Origin: an uncultured virus (IMG/VR IMGVR_UViG_3300010163_001408)
Lineage: Duplodnaviria; Heunggongvirae; Uroviricota; Caudoviricetes
Reading direction: 5' to 3' (one strand)
Virus record (IMG/VR): IMGVR_UViG_3300010163_001408
Length of the DNA stretch: 48,141 bases
Both the position numbers and the translations under genes were made by a program. The notes beneath the pieces are model-generated. The model made no database searches. It had not been told where the DNA came from and worked only from the letters and a program-made list of their open reading frames with translations. This document shows positions 1 through 10,345 of this stretch, one piece after another (position 1 is the stretch's first letter; every line of letters starts with the position of its first letter).

Positions 1-2
1 AG

Positions 3-1340
3 TTCAGCTTAAATGAGGTTAAACCATTATTTATAATTGATGAAGTCATAGATAACAGTACTTTAGTTAACAATTCAGATGATTTTGACTTTTCATTTGA
101 TGACAAAACACTAACAGTAGAAGATATAGATAAGATGGATATTGAAGATGGTGAAACAGCAGAGTTGCTAGAGGCAAACAATTTAATGCAAAGAATAGCA
201 AGCATGAATAATCATAACAGCTCAGAACAAGAAGACATAGAAATAGAGGATGACATTGAAATAGAGGATGATGAGGATGGATTTGATATAGATGACATAG
301 AAATAGAGGATGATGAAGCTGGTGAATTTGATGAAGATGGTATCGAAGATGCAATAAATGATACTACAAAAAGCACACCAAAACCAATAGAAAACACATC
401 AAAATCAACTAGCATTCAAAAGAATGATTCAACTAGTGTCGCAGACAATATAGACAATAAAAAAACAGAAGACAACGAAGATGAATTTGATATAGACGAT
501 ATAGAAATAGAAGATGATGAAGATGAATTTGATACAGATGAAATAGCAATAGAAGGCGACGAGGATGAATTTGATATAGACATAGAGAATGAAGATAATG
601 ATAATCAAAAAAATGTATTAGATACAAGTAAACTAGTAACTGAAACACCTATAATTAAACCAGCAGAACCTCAAGATGAAATAGATGAGGATTTTGAAAT
701 AGATGAGGATGGACTATTTGGTTTAGATAGCACAGATGAATTTGAGGATGCACTAGAAAAATCTGAGATTATTCAAAGTATTCCTAAGAAGGTTATAAGT
801 AAACCCATTGAAAAATTACAAATACCACCTCAAAAATTAACAGAAACATCTCCGAAAGTAGAAGAATCACTTCAAATAGTAAAAGAAACATCCCAGAAAA
901 AAGCACCAACACCTGATATAAAATTACAACAATCAAAAATAATTAATAACATAGATAATGAAGAAATAAAACAATTAAAAGATAAAATAGCTAACATGGA
1001 AAAGCAGATGCAAGAAATGAGTAAAGAAAAGGCTCAGAAAAAGGCGTCTGAAATAAATGAAAATAAAAATAATTTTAAAAAAGATAAGACAGAAGACATT
1101 ATAAATAATCAGGTACATCAAGTAAAAAGAGAAGAAACACCTAATTATGATAAATACACAGTAATGCAAGATGATCAGCTATTTTCACATGTAAAGGCAT
1201 ATATGAATAAAAAGGGTGTCAAGAAACAAGCTATTGAAATATCAGACTTAAATAATAAGTTTGGTGAAATAAATATAAAGAGGCTTATAAAGAAAACTTA
1301 TTTAATAAGAGTAGGAAAAGGAGTAACAACTGGAAGATGA
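3..1340 (+). CDS. Highly acidic low-complexity protein with coiled coil and possible C-terminal winged-helix-like domain; 5'-truncated by the window edge
   Basis: The frame has no stop from position 3 to the Met at 135, so the true start probably lies upstream. Repeated DEFDIDDIEIEDDE units; basic C-terminus; its TGA overlaps the next ATG (ATGA at 1337-1340). Confidence 0.75.
   Translation, partial: FSLNEVKPLFIIDEVIDNSTLVNNSDDFDFSFDDKTLTVEDIDKMDIEDGETAELLEANNLMQRIASMNNHNSSEQEDIEIEDDIEIEDDEDGFDIDDIEIEDDEAGEFDEDGIEDAINDTTKSTPKPIENTSKSTSIQKNDSTSVADNIDNKKTEDNEDEFDIDDIEIEDDEDEFDTDEIAIEGDEDEFDIDIENEDNDNQKNVLDTSKLVTETPIIKPAEPQDEIDEDFEIDEDGLFGLDSTDEFEDALEKSEIIQSIPKKVISKPIEKLQIPPQKLTETSPKVEESLQIVKETSQKKAPTPDIKLQQSKIINNIDNEEIKQLKDKIANMEKQMQEMSKEKAQKKASEINENKNNFKKDKTEDIINNQVHQVKREETPNYDKYTVMQDDQLFSHVKAYMNKKGVKKQAIEISDLNNKFGEINIKRLIKKTYLIRVGKGVTTGR
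231..597 (+). repeat. Imperfect intragenic repeats encoding (D/E)FDIDDIEIEDDE
   Basis: Several variants of gatgaatttgatatagacgatatagaaatagaagatgatgaa in two clusters (about 231-330 and 480-597). Confidence 0.7.
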
Positions 1341-3538
1341 AGAACAAAATTGTAATCAAAACATTAGCATCAATAACAGCAGTAGCAAGTTGCATTGGCT
1401 TAACAGGTTGTGGTAATGCATCCTTTACAAGTAGGAATGTTGCATCGTATCCTTTGGTTAACGCACTAACTCAACAGGAACTCATGGATTATTATGCAGA
1501 ATCAATGAAATATGATTCAATTGTATCCAGAAATGTTACTGTACATGAAACAACATATGAAACTAAGGATATAGATGGAGAGAAGGCAGAGAAGTTAAAA
1601 TCTTTAGTGTCACAAGCAGAAGCTATATTAGCTACTAATGATTATGAGTATTCATTAGAAAATTCAGTAATTATGGATGAAGATACTTATAATTATATTA
1701 AAGCAAATATAGATAACATTTACGTAACAAATGGGTCAATTACCAATATAAAAGGTGCACTTGGATACTATTTTGTAGACGTAAATTACACAATTAATCC
1801 TAAGTCATCTGGTACATTCAACCAGATGACCCCACTCATTGGTTTAGATGGTGTATTCTGTACATCACCTAGTTCAGAATATACAATTGATATAGGTTAT
1901 ATGATAACTATAGCTAAAAAACTCAATGAGTATTATACAGCAAACAAGATAATGCAGGCTGCTACCTTTGATATTGAAACTGGTGAGTTTATGATAGTAG
2001 ATGGTGCAGATCCAAGTACAATGTTAACAACATCAGCTATAACTGGTAAGTCTATAGGAGAAAGCTTGGGAACCAGCAGCATGAACACACCTAGTACTAC
2101 AAACAATACATCAAACAACGATGATATAAAATTTGATGAACTTGGAAATGTAGTAGATGATGATGGAAACATCATATATACACCTGAAGAATATCAGCAG
2201 AAACTTGATGAAGAAGCAGCCAGTCAAGTTGTAATAGACCAGATTAATAATGGTGGACAAAACGGTGGAATGAGTTATGAATCTATAGTATCAACAGATA
2301 GAATGATTACACTTGATTCAGAGTTGATTAATTCATTAGCAGGTATATCACTTAAGCAAAAAGCATTTTTACCTGACTTAAATTTAGTGTATAACAAACC
2401 AAATGAACAAGGTACATTTGGTGGATATGGGATATATACTGAAGGAGGAAATGGTTTAAAAGTATTTGGTTTTGATAGAAACAATTTAACAGGTAATATT
2501 ACTATTAGATACGTCTTTAAAGATGCATCAGATGGTACAGACAACATAATTGGTGTAAATGCATACATTACAGATGAAGAAGTAACAACAGGTTTCAATG
2601 TAGCAGATCAAAACTTAGTAATTCCTGAATTTTTGAATCAACAGTTTGAAATGTTGATTGAGCGTTCAGATAGAGTTATGGCTGACTGTGACTTAACAGG
2701 TTTAATGAGTGCTAATATTTATCAAGATATGGGAGTTGCAGTATTACGTGGATATAGAGAGTTAAATACCAATACATTGAAGTATTTATCAACAATAAGA
2801 CAGGTAATTGCAAGAGATTATGATACAAATTCCTACTTAGTTGAAGTTGAAACAACAATTCAAGAAGGTGCCAAGTCAGTAGATAGTTATGGTAACTACA
2901 GAGATAAATATTACATGGTAATCCAACAGCAAGGCACAGACTTTTTAATTGTAGATTCCATAAGAATGTCAAGAGAAATGACAAAAGAGCCTTCTATAAA
3001 TCCTGATGATGCAACAACTAAGAGACTTGTAGCTCTTAACTTAGCAGGAGAAGTTACAGATGATGCTAAGACAGCAGTAAATAAGTTGCTTAGTGATTGG
3101 TATACAGCAAGTACAAATAGATTGTTATATGCAAGAGATGAAGAAGGAAACTTAAAGACATTTACAGTAGATGGAAATGAAATAACACTTGAACGTGGTA
3201 TGTATGATTGCTTCCAATCAGATGTAACAATGTTATCAAGTGAGAACCTGGAATACATGCAGTCACAAGTAAGAACACAGCTTGATAAATATGGTTCAAA
3301 CATTACTTCAATCTATTGTGGTACAGTAACACAGTGGTTAGGTGGAGCAGATAATCAGGTTGAATTTACAACAGAGGAGTTAATCACCTACGCAGGTAGA
3401 GATGATGCACACTATATGCAAGTATATTACCTAGCTTCTAATATGAATGATGTTTGGGTAATAGACGAGAGGACAATACTTGATGAAAGAGATGTTTCAG
3501 GGGCAGACTTAAGTAATATACAGAGCAGAATAAATTAA
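1337..3538 (+). CDS. Large predicted lipoprotein (733 aa), function unknown
   Basis: Basic N-terminus, hydrophobic stretch and lipobox LTGC; acidic extracellular-type body. Confidence 0.75.
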   Translation: MKNKIVIKTLASITAVASCIGLTGCGNASFTSRNVASYPLVNALTQQELMDYYAESMKYDSIVSRNVTVHETTYETKDIDGEKAEKLKSLVSQAEAILATNDYEYSLENSVIMDEDTYNYIKANIDNIYVTNGSITNIKGALGYYFVDVNYTINPKSSGTFNQMTPLIGLDGVFCTSPSSEYTIDIGYMITIAKKLNEYYTANKIMQAATFDIETGEFMIVDGADPSTMLTTSAITGKSIGESLGTSSMNTPSTTNNTSNNDDIKFDELGNVVDDDGNIIYTPEEYQQKLDEEAASQVVIDQINNGGQNGGMSYESIVSTDRMITLDSELINSLAGISLKQKAFLPDLNLVYNKPNEQGTFGGYGIYTEGGNGLKVFGFDRNNLTGNITIRYVFKDASDGTDNIIGVNAYITDEEVTTGFNVADQNLVIPEFLNQQFEMLIERSDRVMADCDLTGLMSANIYQDMGVAVLRGYRELNTNTLKYLSTIRQVIARDYDTNSYLVEVETTIQEGAKSVDSYGNYRDKYYMVIQQQGTDFLIVDSIRMSREMTKEPSINPDDATTKRLVALNLAGEVTDDAKTAVNKLLSDWYTASTNRLLYARDEEGNLKTFTVDGNEITLERGMYDCFQSDVTMLSSENLEYMQSQVRTQLDKYGSNITSIYCGTVTQWLGGADNQVEFTTEELITYAGRDDAHYMQVYYLASNMNDVWVIDERTILDERDVSGADLSNIQSRIN

Positions 3539-3556
3539 AGAATAAACATCAATAAT

Positions 3557-3597
3557 AGAGCAGGACAATTAATAAAAATTGTCCTGCTTTTTATTTT
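3557..3597 (+). terminator. Intrinsic terminator
   Basis: agcaggacaatt / aattgtcctgct stem followed by a T-rich run. Confidence 0.85.
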
Positions 3598-3636
3598 ACA
3601 TTAAAATATTTAAAGTAAAAATTTTTATTTTTAAGG

Positions 3637-4173
3637 TTGAACATGAAAAATATTAGAGAAGCATATAAGAAATTTGGAGTAGATGCATTTTATAAAGAAA
3701 ATGGAAACAATTATATAAATCCACATATAGATGTAGTTAGACAACTCACTAAATATGCTGAAGATAACTATGACATAAAAACAAATATACTTGATCTGTG
3801 TTGCGGGTCAGGAGAAGTAACATTAGCATTAAGTAATAAGTTAAACATTATAGGAAATGACCCATATACTAGAGATAATTATATAAAAAACACTGGTAGA
3901 AAATGTTTACAATTTAGTTTTGATGATATACAAGCTGGACTACTAAAAGATAACTTTGATACAGTATTTTGTAGCTTTGCACTTCATTTATGTGAGCAAT
4001 CAAAACTTCAACAAGTACTATGGCAATTAAGTTTAGTTTGTGAGAAATTAATAATTATAACACCACATAAGCGTCCAGATTGCAATGGAATAAGTTTTAG
4101 ACTTATTGATGAAGTTAAAGAAGGTAAATGTAAATTAAGATTATATACATCTAAGAATAAAGGAGACAATTAA
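3637..4173 (+). CDS. Class I SAM-dependent methyltransferase
   Basis: Motif I ILDLCCGSGE and FDTVFCSFALH; start is TTG 3637 or ATG 3643. Confidence 0.8.
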   Translation: MNMKNIREAYKKFGVDAFYKENGNNYINPHIDVVRQLTKYAEDNYDIKTNILDLCCGSGEVTLALSNKLNIIGNDPYTRDNYIKNTGRKCLQFSFDDIQAGLLKDNFDTVFCSFALHLCEQSKLQQVLWQLSLVCEKLIIITPHKRPDCNGISFRLIDEVKEGKCKLRLYTSKNKGDN

Positions 4174-4174
4174 A

Positions 4175-5182
4175 ATGATCAAGAGGACAAACAAAAGGAC
4201 AAACAAAAATAGTACTGAAATCATTGCAACAAAGGCTAACACAACTGTGGCGTTAACAAGTGAAGAGAGACTAAATGAGTTAAGAAACATGTCATTGAGA
4301 GATATTGATAAATATGGCGTGCAGATACAGGAGAGATTAGATACAACATCATCGGATCTTTTAAGAAGTAAGTCAATGCAAGAATTAGGTGCATCTAAGA
4401 AAAGCTTAGACGAACTAGATGATATAGCTAAATACAATAAGAAAATGCTTCCTGTACTTAGAACACCCTTAAGAAAGCTTAAGTCATTTCAGTCAAACTT
4501 TGTAAAAATAGGTGACCAGCTTGATAGTATTAAAGAAGCTATTATAAAAAAGCATAATGAAGTAGATGAATATATTATGACAATGGTAGAACAGACAGAA
4601 AACCTTGGAAAGGCTATTGTTGACATAAAAGAATGTGAAGATACAATGAGTATTTATGCACAAGAATTACAGCAAGAGGAATCACAAGATAGTGAGATTC
4701 GTTTAAGGGAAGTATCTTCACGATTACAGTTATTAACAGGTACCAGAGTAAATGCAGAGCATGCTCAGATTGAAGCATACTTGGTAATAAAGATGCAACA
4801 AGAAGCTAAATACCAGTTGGCACAGGTAATTCAGAATGTTATACCTATACTATCTATGCAGGCAGTTAATGCACTTGGCATTCAATCAAATAAGGAAACC
4901 TTAAAAATAATTTCAAAGACAAGAGATATAACTGGGGAAATAATAGAAAGAAATGCTAATGAGGTTAGGAACATTGCTACAGAATTGCAAAACAATAGAA
5001 CATTATCTGTAGTAGACACTGATAAATTATTAAATGCACAGAAAATATTAAATGAAACAATGAAAGTTATAACAGAGGCTTCTAAATTAGAAACAGATAG
5101 CAATATGAAAATAATCAATGATCTTAGAGAACAGTCTAAGAGCAATCAAGAAATGATTACAAATCTTATGCAGAAGTCCTAA
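4175..5182 (+). CDS. telA: TelA/KlaB toxic anion resistance family coiled-coil protein
   Basis: All-helical 335-aa protein with IDKYGVQIQ, FVKIGDQLDSIKEAI and VIQNVIPILSMQ segments resembling TelA; AGGAG RBS. Confidence 0.6.
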   Translation: MIKRTNKRTNKNSTEIIATKANTTVALTSEERLNELRNMSLRDIDKYGVQIQERLDTTSSDLLRSKSMQELGASKKSLDELDDIAKYNKKMLPVLRTPLRKLKSFQSNFVKIGDQLDSIKEAIIKKHNEVDEYIMTMVEQTENLGKAIVDIKECEDTMSIYAQELQQEESQDSEIRLREVSSRLQLLTGTRVNAEHAQIEAYLVIKMQQEAKYQLAQVIQNVIPILSMQAVNALGIQSNKETLKIISKTRDITGEIIERNANEVRNIATELQNNRTLSVVDTDKLLNAQKILNETMKVITEASKLETDSNMKIINDLREQSKSNQEMITNLMQKS

Positions 5183-5223
5183 AATTACTAAGAGAAAATT
5201 TTAATTTAAAAGAGGTACAAAAA

Positions 5224-6411
5224 ATGAATGTAAATAAGCATGCAGAAGAATTAAAAGAATTTGAAAAACTATCAAGCTACATAAATAGTGTGCTAGATAA
5301 ATTCAAAAGTATGGATGATGCAGATAGAAACGACTTATATGAGTTGTTTTATGTGCAAAAAGCATTACAGAATAATCTTGATAAAGGGATTGAGAATAAG
5401 ATAATAAGAAACAATACCCAGTCCATATTGAATAATGTAACATTGATTATTAATTCAATTACAGATGATGATATAGAAGAAATAATGAAAAGAAAGTTAA
5501 AAGCACGGAAGATAGGTGATGTAAACAAGAAGAAATATGGAAAAAGAAATAAGTTTAATGGACTTATAGATAAGAGTAAAAATAAAGTTATAATGGGCAA
5601 TAAAGTATCAGATTATATATTTGGCCCAGGTGGAGTTAAACTATTGATAATGCTAGTATTAATGGGTGTGATTGCATTACCATTGAGCTTAGATACTATG
5701 GAAAAGCAAATGGAAAGACTGGACACTGAAATTACAGAGTATGTTGATACAGTTACAGAATCTATGCATGCAGAGAGCAACAAAACCACAGCAAAAGAAA
5801 TATCCAAAATAATTGGTTCAGATAATAATGAAACCACAGCAAAAGAGACTAAAGTAATTGATTCAGAAACTATAAAGACAGATAATTATGAAATCACAGC
5901 AAAAGAAATAGCTGAAATGCTTAGTCAAAAAAATATGTATGGTAATAGAAGCAATTTAGAAAGAGATGCTATAGTTATAGAAAAGCTGATAAAAAGTGGA
6001 TTACATATGGCAACAACATTAGTGATTGTGTTTTTATCAATAAGTGTAGCCATTGACTTATTAAAACTAACTGTTCCACCTTTATCAATGTTTAAATCAT
6101 TTGACAATATAGTTTCACAAGAAGCAATAGATATAGCAAACAGTGATCCTATAAAAGAAATACCATATACAGTAGATAAAAATGATAGATTAGCCGTAGC
6201 AGAAGCACTATTAAATAATATTATAGAGGAGTATCCAATGGATGCAGCAATTGCAGAGGAATTTGATTATTTAAAAGATGCAAAAGCATTAAAGAAAAAG
6301 TTATTAAACAGCAAAAACAGAGAACTTATTACAAATTCTGTAAGTGCAGAATGTTTATATAACAAGATACATAATAAATATGAATATATGACAACTATTG
6401 AACTTTACTGA
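5224..6411 (+). CDS. Membrane protein with two hydrophobic segments and three (T/I)TAKE repeats
   Basis: TM-like LLIMLVLMGVIALPL and TTLVIVFLSISVAI; cacagcaaaaga occurs three times at about 5787-5907. Confidence 0.65.
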   Translation: MNVNKHAEELKEFEKLSSYINSVLDKFKSMDDADRNDLYELFYVQKALQNNLDKGIENKIIRNNTQSILNNVTLIINSITDDDIEEIMKRKLKARKIGDVNKKKYGKRNKFNGLIDKSKNKVIMGNKVSDYIFGPGGVKLLIMLVLMGVIALPLSLDTMEKQMERLDTEITEYVDTVTESMHAESNKTTAKEISKIIGSDNNETTAKETKVIDSETIKTDNYEITAKEIAEMLSQKNMYGNRSNLERDAIVIEKLIKSGLHMATTLVIVFLSISVAIDLLKLTVPPLSMFKSFDNIVSQEAIDIANSDPIKEIPYTVDKNDRLAVAEALLNNIIEEYPMDAAIAEEFDYLKDAKALKKKLLNSKNRELITNSVSAECLYNKIHNKYEYMTTIELY

Positions 6412-6454
6412 TTCATGTTAAAAAATAAATAACATGATATAAAAGGAGCAAGCA

Positions 6455-8080
6455 ATGGCAGTAAAAGTACCAACAATATGGAATGGTAAATATATAGGTT
6501 CAATGACTGAACAACAAGCAGAATTGATAATGCAGACAAGACAAGAAAAGGTAATACCTAATTTAAAAAACATGCTGTTCAACTTTTCACCTGAACTTAT
6601 AAAACAAAGCTTGGAAGAAGGAATAAGTATTCGTGAAATAGTAAAAAGGGACAATTTAGATGTTACTCAATACTATGCAGAATTAAGAGATTACCAAACA
6701 GTAGGAACAGCGTTTATGTACTTAAGTCCAAGAAGCATTATAGGAGATGGGTGCGGGTTAGGTAAAACAGCAGAAATCAGTGGATTAATTAACTGGTTAA
6801 AATTCAAAGGGGAGTTAACAAGATTCCTTATAGCAGTTGAAACCAGTGCAATAGGTCAGATACAATGTGAAATTCAAAGATTTACAGGCTTAAATGTTAT
6901 AGCAATGCCATCTGAAGCAGCTAAGATTAAAAGAGCAATTGAGAAAACAGATTGGCAAAAAATAGATGGCATTGTAATAAAACATAGTACACTAAGATCT
7001 GATGCTTTTTCAAAATGGTTAGCACTAAATATTGGGCCAGATGGAATGTGCAGAATATTTAATACATTTTTTCTTGATGAAAGCAGCATAGTTAAGAACG
7101 AGAAAACAAAAATGTATGCATACACAAAAAATATATGTGACATAGTAGGACGTGTGCATCTCATGAATGCAACTACATTTGAAACCAGCATAATTGATAT
7201 ATACAATCAGATTGATATGATGAATATAGCTTTACTACCTAAGCGTTGGAGAATAGAGAAAGAATTTTGTACTTATGGTAATGTATCATATTGGACTAAA
7301 GAGAATGGAAAAGCAAAATTAAACTGGCGTAGAGAAAGAAATGGATATAAAAATCAACAAGCATTTAAAAGTTCATTGGAACTTGTTTATTTTGGTAGAA
7401 GTACAAAGGATGTAGGAAAAGACATACCCCATATTTATAAGGTGTATGAAGTAGAACCAAGCAATGCAATGAGTTTAGCCTTGGCAAGAGGTCAAAGATA
7501 TAGTGAAGTCTTAAATTGTCCATCACTGATACCTGATTTAAAAATTCCTACAAATAGGGAAAATGTACCTAAGCTTAATAGATTATGTGAATTAATTGAA
7601 AATGAATTTGCAAGTAGCAGTGTTATGATATATTGTTTCCATCTAGAAGCTCAAAAAGCAATTTCAGATGAAATGAAAAAAATAGGCAGAAAGCCAATTA
7701 CATTAAATGGTAACTGCAAGGACGAAGACAGAATGGTAGCCCAGGATGGGTTTAATAGTGGAGCATATGATGTTATTATAACAAACGTAAAAAAATCATT
7801 AAATTTATATGGTGGCGATGTATGTATTTTCTATAGTATGGAAACAAACCCTAGTAAAGCATTCCAGACAGCATCACGTATTGATAGACATATAGATGAT
7901 TCAATAAAAACATTTGTACTAATGTTATATAAAGGAACAGATGAATATAAATTCTTTACAACAACGGTTAAGCAACGAGCAAAAGATGCTAGGGATCTTA
8001 CAATAGATGCTAAAACTACAGTAGATTTCTTCTACGAATCAATGTTAGAAGATGAAGTGAACAATTTAAATGACGTGTAA
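6455..8080 (+). CDS. SNF2-like superfamily 2 helicase/ATPase
   Basis: LRDYQ Q-motif, GDGCGLGKT Walker A, LDES Walker B, NAT motif III, SLNL and QTASRIDR helicase-C motifs. Confidence 0.85.
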   Translation: MAVKVPTIWNGKYIGSMTEQQAELIMQTRQEKVIPNLKNMLFNFSPELIKQSLEEGISIREIVKRDNLDVTQYYAELRDYQTVGTAFMYLSPRSIIGDGCGLGKTAEISGLINWLKFKGELTRFLIAVETSAIGQIQCEIQRFTGLNVIAMPSEAAKIKRAIEKTDWQKIDGIVIKHSTLRSDAFSKWLALNIGPDGMCRIFNTFFLDESSIVKNEKTKMYAYTKNICDIVGRVHLMNATTFETSIIDIYNQIDMMNIALLPKRWRIEKEFCTYGNVSYWTKENGKAKLNWRRERNGYKNQQAFKSSLELVYFGRSTKDVGKDIPHIYKVYEVEPSNAMSLALARGQRYSEVLNCPSLIPDLKIPTNRENVPKLNRLCELIENEFASSSVMIYCFHLEAQKAISDEMKKIGRKPITLNGNCKDEDRMVAQDGFNSGAYDVIITNVKKSLNLYGGDVCIFYSMETNPSKAFQTASRIDRHIDDSIKTFVLMLYKGTDEYKFFTTTVKQRAKDARDLTIDAKTTVDFFYESMLEDEVNNLNDV

Positions 8081-8136
8081 AGTAAGTTAAGAAAATAATT
8101 TAACTTTTAATTAAAATTTTCAGAAAGGTGTATAAC

Positions 8137-8913
8137 ATGAAAAGAAGATTAGTAAATACTATAATAATATCATTATTAACAGCATCAACATTTGTAGGCT
8201 GTGGAAATAAGGAGGGCTTGGAGCAATATTCCAAAAGTGAACTGATTGAAGCATATGAAACATTAAGTACAGGATATGATGAATTGATGGCAGAAAAAAA
8301 TAATATTGAAACACTGTATAATGCCTTAACAGTTGATACACTTCCTACAGCAGCAATAGGTTATGTAGGAGATGCAACTGGAGCAATAACGTTTAACTCA
8401 AGAGATGCAAAGATTATATTTCCTTCAACATTTCAATATCCTGGTGCACAACAGATAAAGGCAAACAACAATATAATGATATCTGATGGCATATTTGTTG
8501 CACCTGGTACAAACTGGATAGTAAAGTTAAACGGTACAACACTTGAAATGGAGCATTCTAATGGAATATCAGGAATTATAAAAATAGGTCAGGCTGACAT
8601 AGTGTTTGACTCTAATCAGCTTAGAGATGAGGTATTGGCTCCTTGGTTTACAGAGATTTCAAACTCTAAGATAACTTATTCAGACTTATTTACATCTGAT
8701 TCATCAATAGCAATAGGTGTAGATGCAACAGTACCAATTCTTATAGACAGTGAGGATGCATTTTTAAGGTGTGGTATGGCGGCTATAAATGGAAAAACGG
8801 TAACATATATATTTACTTATAGAAGCCAACAAGATATGAATAAAGACGAGAGTATAATAAATGTAATCAATAGTATCCAAGTGGATGGACAAATGTTAAA
8901 AGTAAACTCATAA
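8137..8913 (+). CDS. Predicted lipoprotein
   Basis: MKRR plus hydrophobic stretch and FVGC lipobox; RBS gaaaggtg favours ATG 8137 over GTG 8128. Confidence 0.75.
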   Translation: MKRRLVNTIIISLLTASTFVGCGNKEGLEQYSKSELIEAYETLSTGYDELMAEKNNIETLYNALTVDTLPTAAIGYVGDATGAITFNSRDAKIIFPSTFQYPGAQQIKANNNIMISDGIFVAPGTNWIVKLNGTTLEMEHSNGISGIIKIGQADIVFDSNQLRDEVLAPWFTEISNSKITYSDLFTSDSSIAIGVDATVPILIDSEDAFLRCGMAAINGKTVTYIFTYRSQQDMNKDESIINVINSIQVDGQMLKVNS

Positions 8914-8941
8914 TAAAATAGAAAAACAAAGGAAAGCAAAT

Positions 8942-9916
8942 ATGGATACAATGCAAGAACTAGATGAACTTTTAGCAACTTTAAAAATTGATACTGAATC
9001 ACAAGATGAAACAATTAAAAAAATAGAGAATGACAGTAAAGAAGCTGGAATGTTAATATACAATGACAAGCAGGATGTGGAGAGAGCACAAAAGATTTTT
9101 TACGGTTTAACAGAAGAAGACAGAGATCAAGCAGTTAAAGAATTTATAGTTCCACCACCTTATAAATATGCACAGTTTGATGAAGATAAAATAAGATCAA
9201 ATTTAAAAAAGCAGCATATAAAGAATGGTAAGCTTTATAAAATTTATAAATTATCAAACTATTTGGAATTATGTAATGGAATATTATCAGCTATACGAAT
9301 GAGACAATTACCAAAGCGTAGTTATTTAATAGGTGCACCTAATGGTTTTGGTAAAAGCAGTTTTGTAAATGAATGTTTAATTACATTAAGAAAACAAGGA
9401 TTCAAGGTTGTACCTTATATTTCATTGTTAGAGTTAGCACACATAAGAGTTTCAGATGAGCAAAGAATAATGAATCCATACAAAAGATTTATTGAGGATA
9501 AATCATCTACCAAATATGAATACACAGAACCAAACATAAATTTAGGTTTTCAGAAAAAACCAGAAATCATTATTGGTAGGTATTCATACAGTGAGTATAT
9601 AAATGCTGATTGTTTGTTTGTAGGATTTACAGATGTAATAAGCAAAGAAATTGAATCACATACATTATATCAGTTATTAAATATAAGAGGAGCAAAAGGA
9701 TTACCAACAATAGCAATGATGTCTACATCATTGGAACCATACGAAAACGATAAGTCTTTAAGAGACTTAGTATGGAATGAAATAAAGGCATATGATGAAG
9801 ATGCTGATTGCTATGATAGAGTTTATCATGTGTCTTGTTATAAATTAAAGAATCTTTCTCTTGACAATAAGGGAGAAGAAGTAGATGTTAATACTGGCAT
9901 AGTATTAGGAGAGTAA
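8942..9916 (+). CDS. DnaC/IstB-like AAA+ ATPase (putative helicase loader)
   Basis: VPPPYKYAQFD pre-ATPase motif, Walker A GAPNGFGKS, LYQLLNIR...LPTI C-terminal pattern; Walker B region is divergent (CLFVGFTD). Confidence 0.6.
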   Translation: MDTMQELDELLATLKIDTESQDETIKKIENDSKEAGMLIYNDKQDVERAQKIFYGLTEEDRDQAVKEFIVPPPYKYAQFDEDKIRSNLKKQHIKNGKLYKIYKLSNYLELCNGILSAIRMRQLPKRSYLIGAPNGFGKSSFVNECLITLRKQGFKVVPYISLLELAHIRVSDEQRIMNPYKRFIEDKSSTKYEYTEPNINLGFQKKPEIIIGRYSYSEYINADCLFVGFTDVISKEIESHTLYQLLNIRGAKGLPTIAMMSTSLEPYENDKSLRDLVWNEIKAYDEDADCYDRVYHVSCYKLKNLSLDNKGEEVDVNTGIVLGE

Positions 9917-9918
9917 AT

Positions 9919-10212
9919 ATGATAGATAAGAAGGAACACATAAGATGTGGTTGGTGCAGTAAGATATCTACTCTAGGTGAATGGAATGATTTGACATATA
10001 GTAAATGTGTAAACAGAGAAATGAAAAGGGCATTTACAGAGTTAACACAAGAGAAAGCATTTTTGCACAAGTCAAATACATTTTATATGTGTCCTAAGTG
10101 CAAAACATGGAGTAGAGGTAGTCAGTTAGCTATAGTAGATACAGACAACGAAAAGCTATTAAAACTAGGTAGGGAACCTACTATAGGAAATCCAGAAGAA
10201 TTTTTATCATAA
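9919..10212 (+). CDS. Small zinc-ribbon protein
   Basis: CGWC ... CPKC pair; AGGAG RBS at the end of the upstream gene. Confidence 0.75.
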   Translation: MIDKKEHIRCGWCSKISTLGEWNDLTYSKCVNREMKRAFTELTQEKAFLHKSNTFYMCPKCKTWSRGSQLAIVDTDNEKLLKLGREPTIGNPEEFLS

Positions 10213-10236
10213 GTTAACAATAAATTAACATAACAG

Positions 10237-10345
10237 ACAAGTTGTCTAACATTTAAACTAGTTGATTGATTTAATCAACTAGTTTTTAATTTGTTAAAAA
10301 TTTTAATTGAGGTGCAACAAGTTATAAAAGTTACAGTAACTAGTT
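10237..10345. promoter_or_regulatory. Array of ACWAGTT motifs at ~21-bp phasing (candidate protein-binding array)
   Basis: ACWAGTT starts at 10237, 10257, 10278, 10317 and 10339; an extended form recurs at 30696 and 34551. Confidence 0.4.
10255..10287 (+). terminator. Inverted repeat / intrinsic terminator
   Basis: aaactagttgatt / aatcaactagttt perfect 13-bp stem, then a T-rich tail. Confidence 0.7.

Noticed and set aside
231..597. Possible CRISPR-like spaced repeats
   Set aside because: The repeats are degenerate, in frame within a coding region, lack unique regular spacers, and no cas genes are present.
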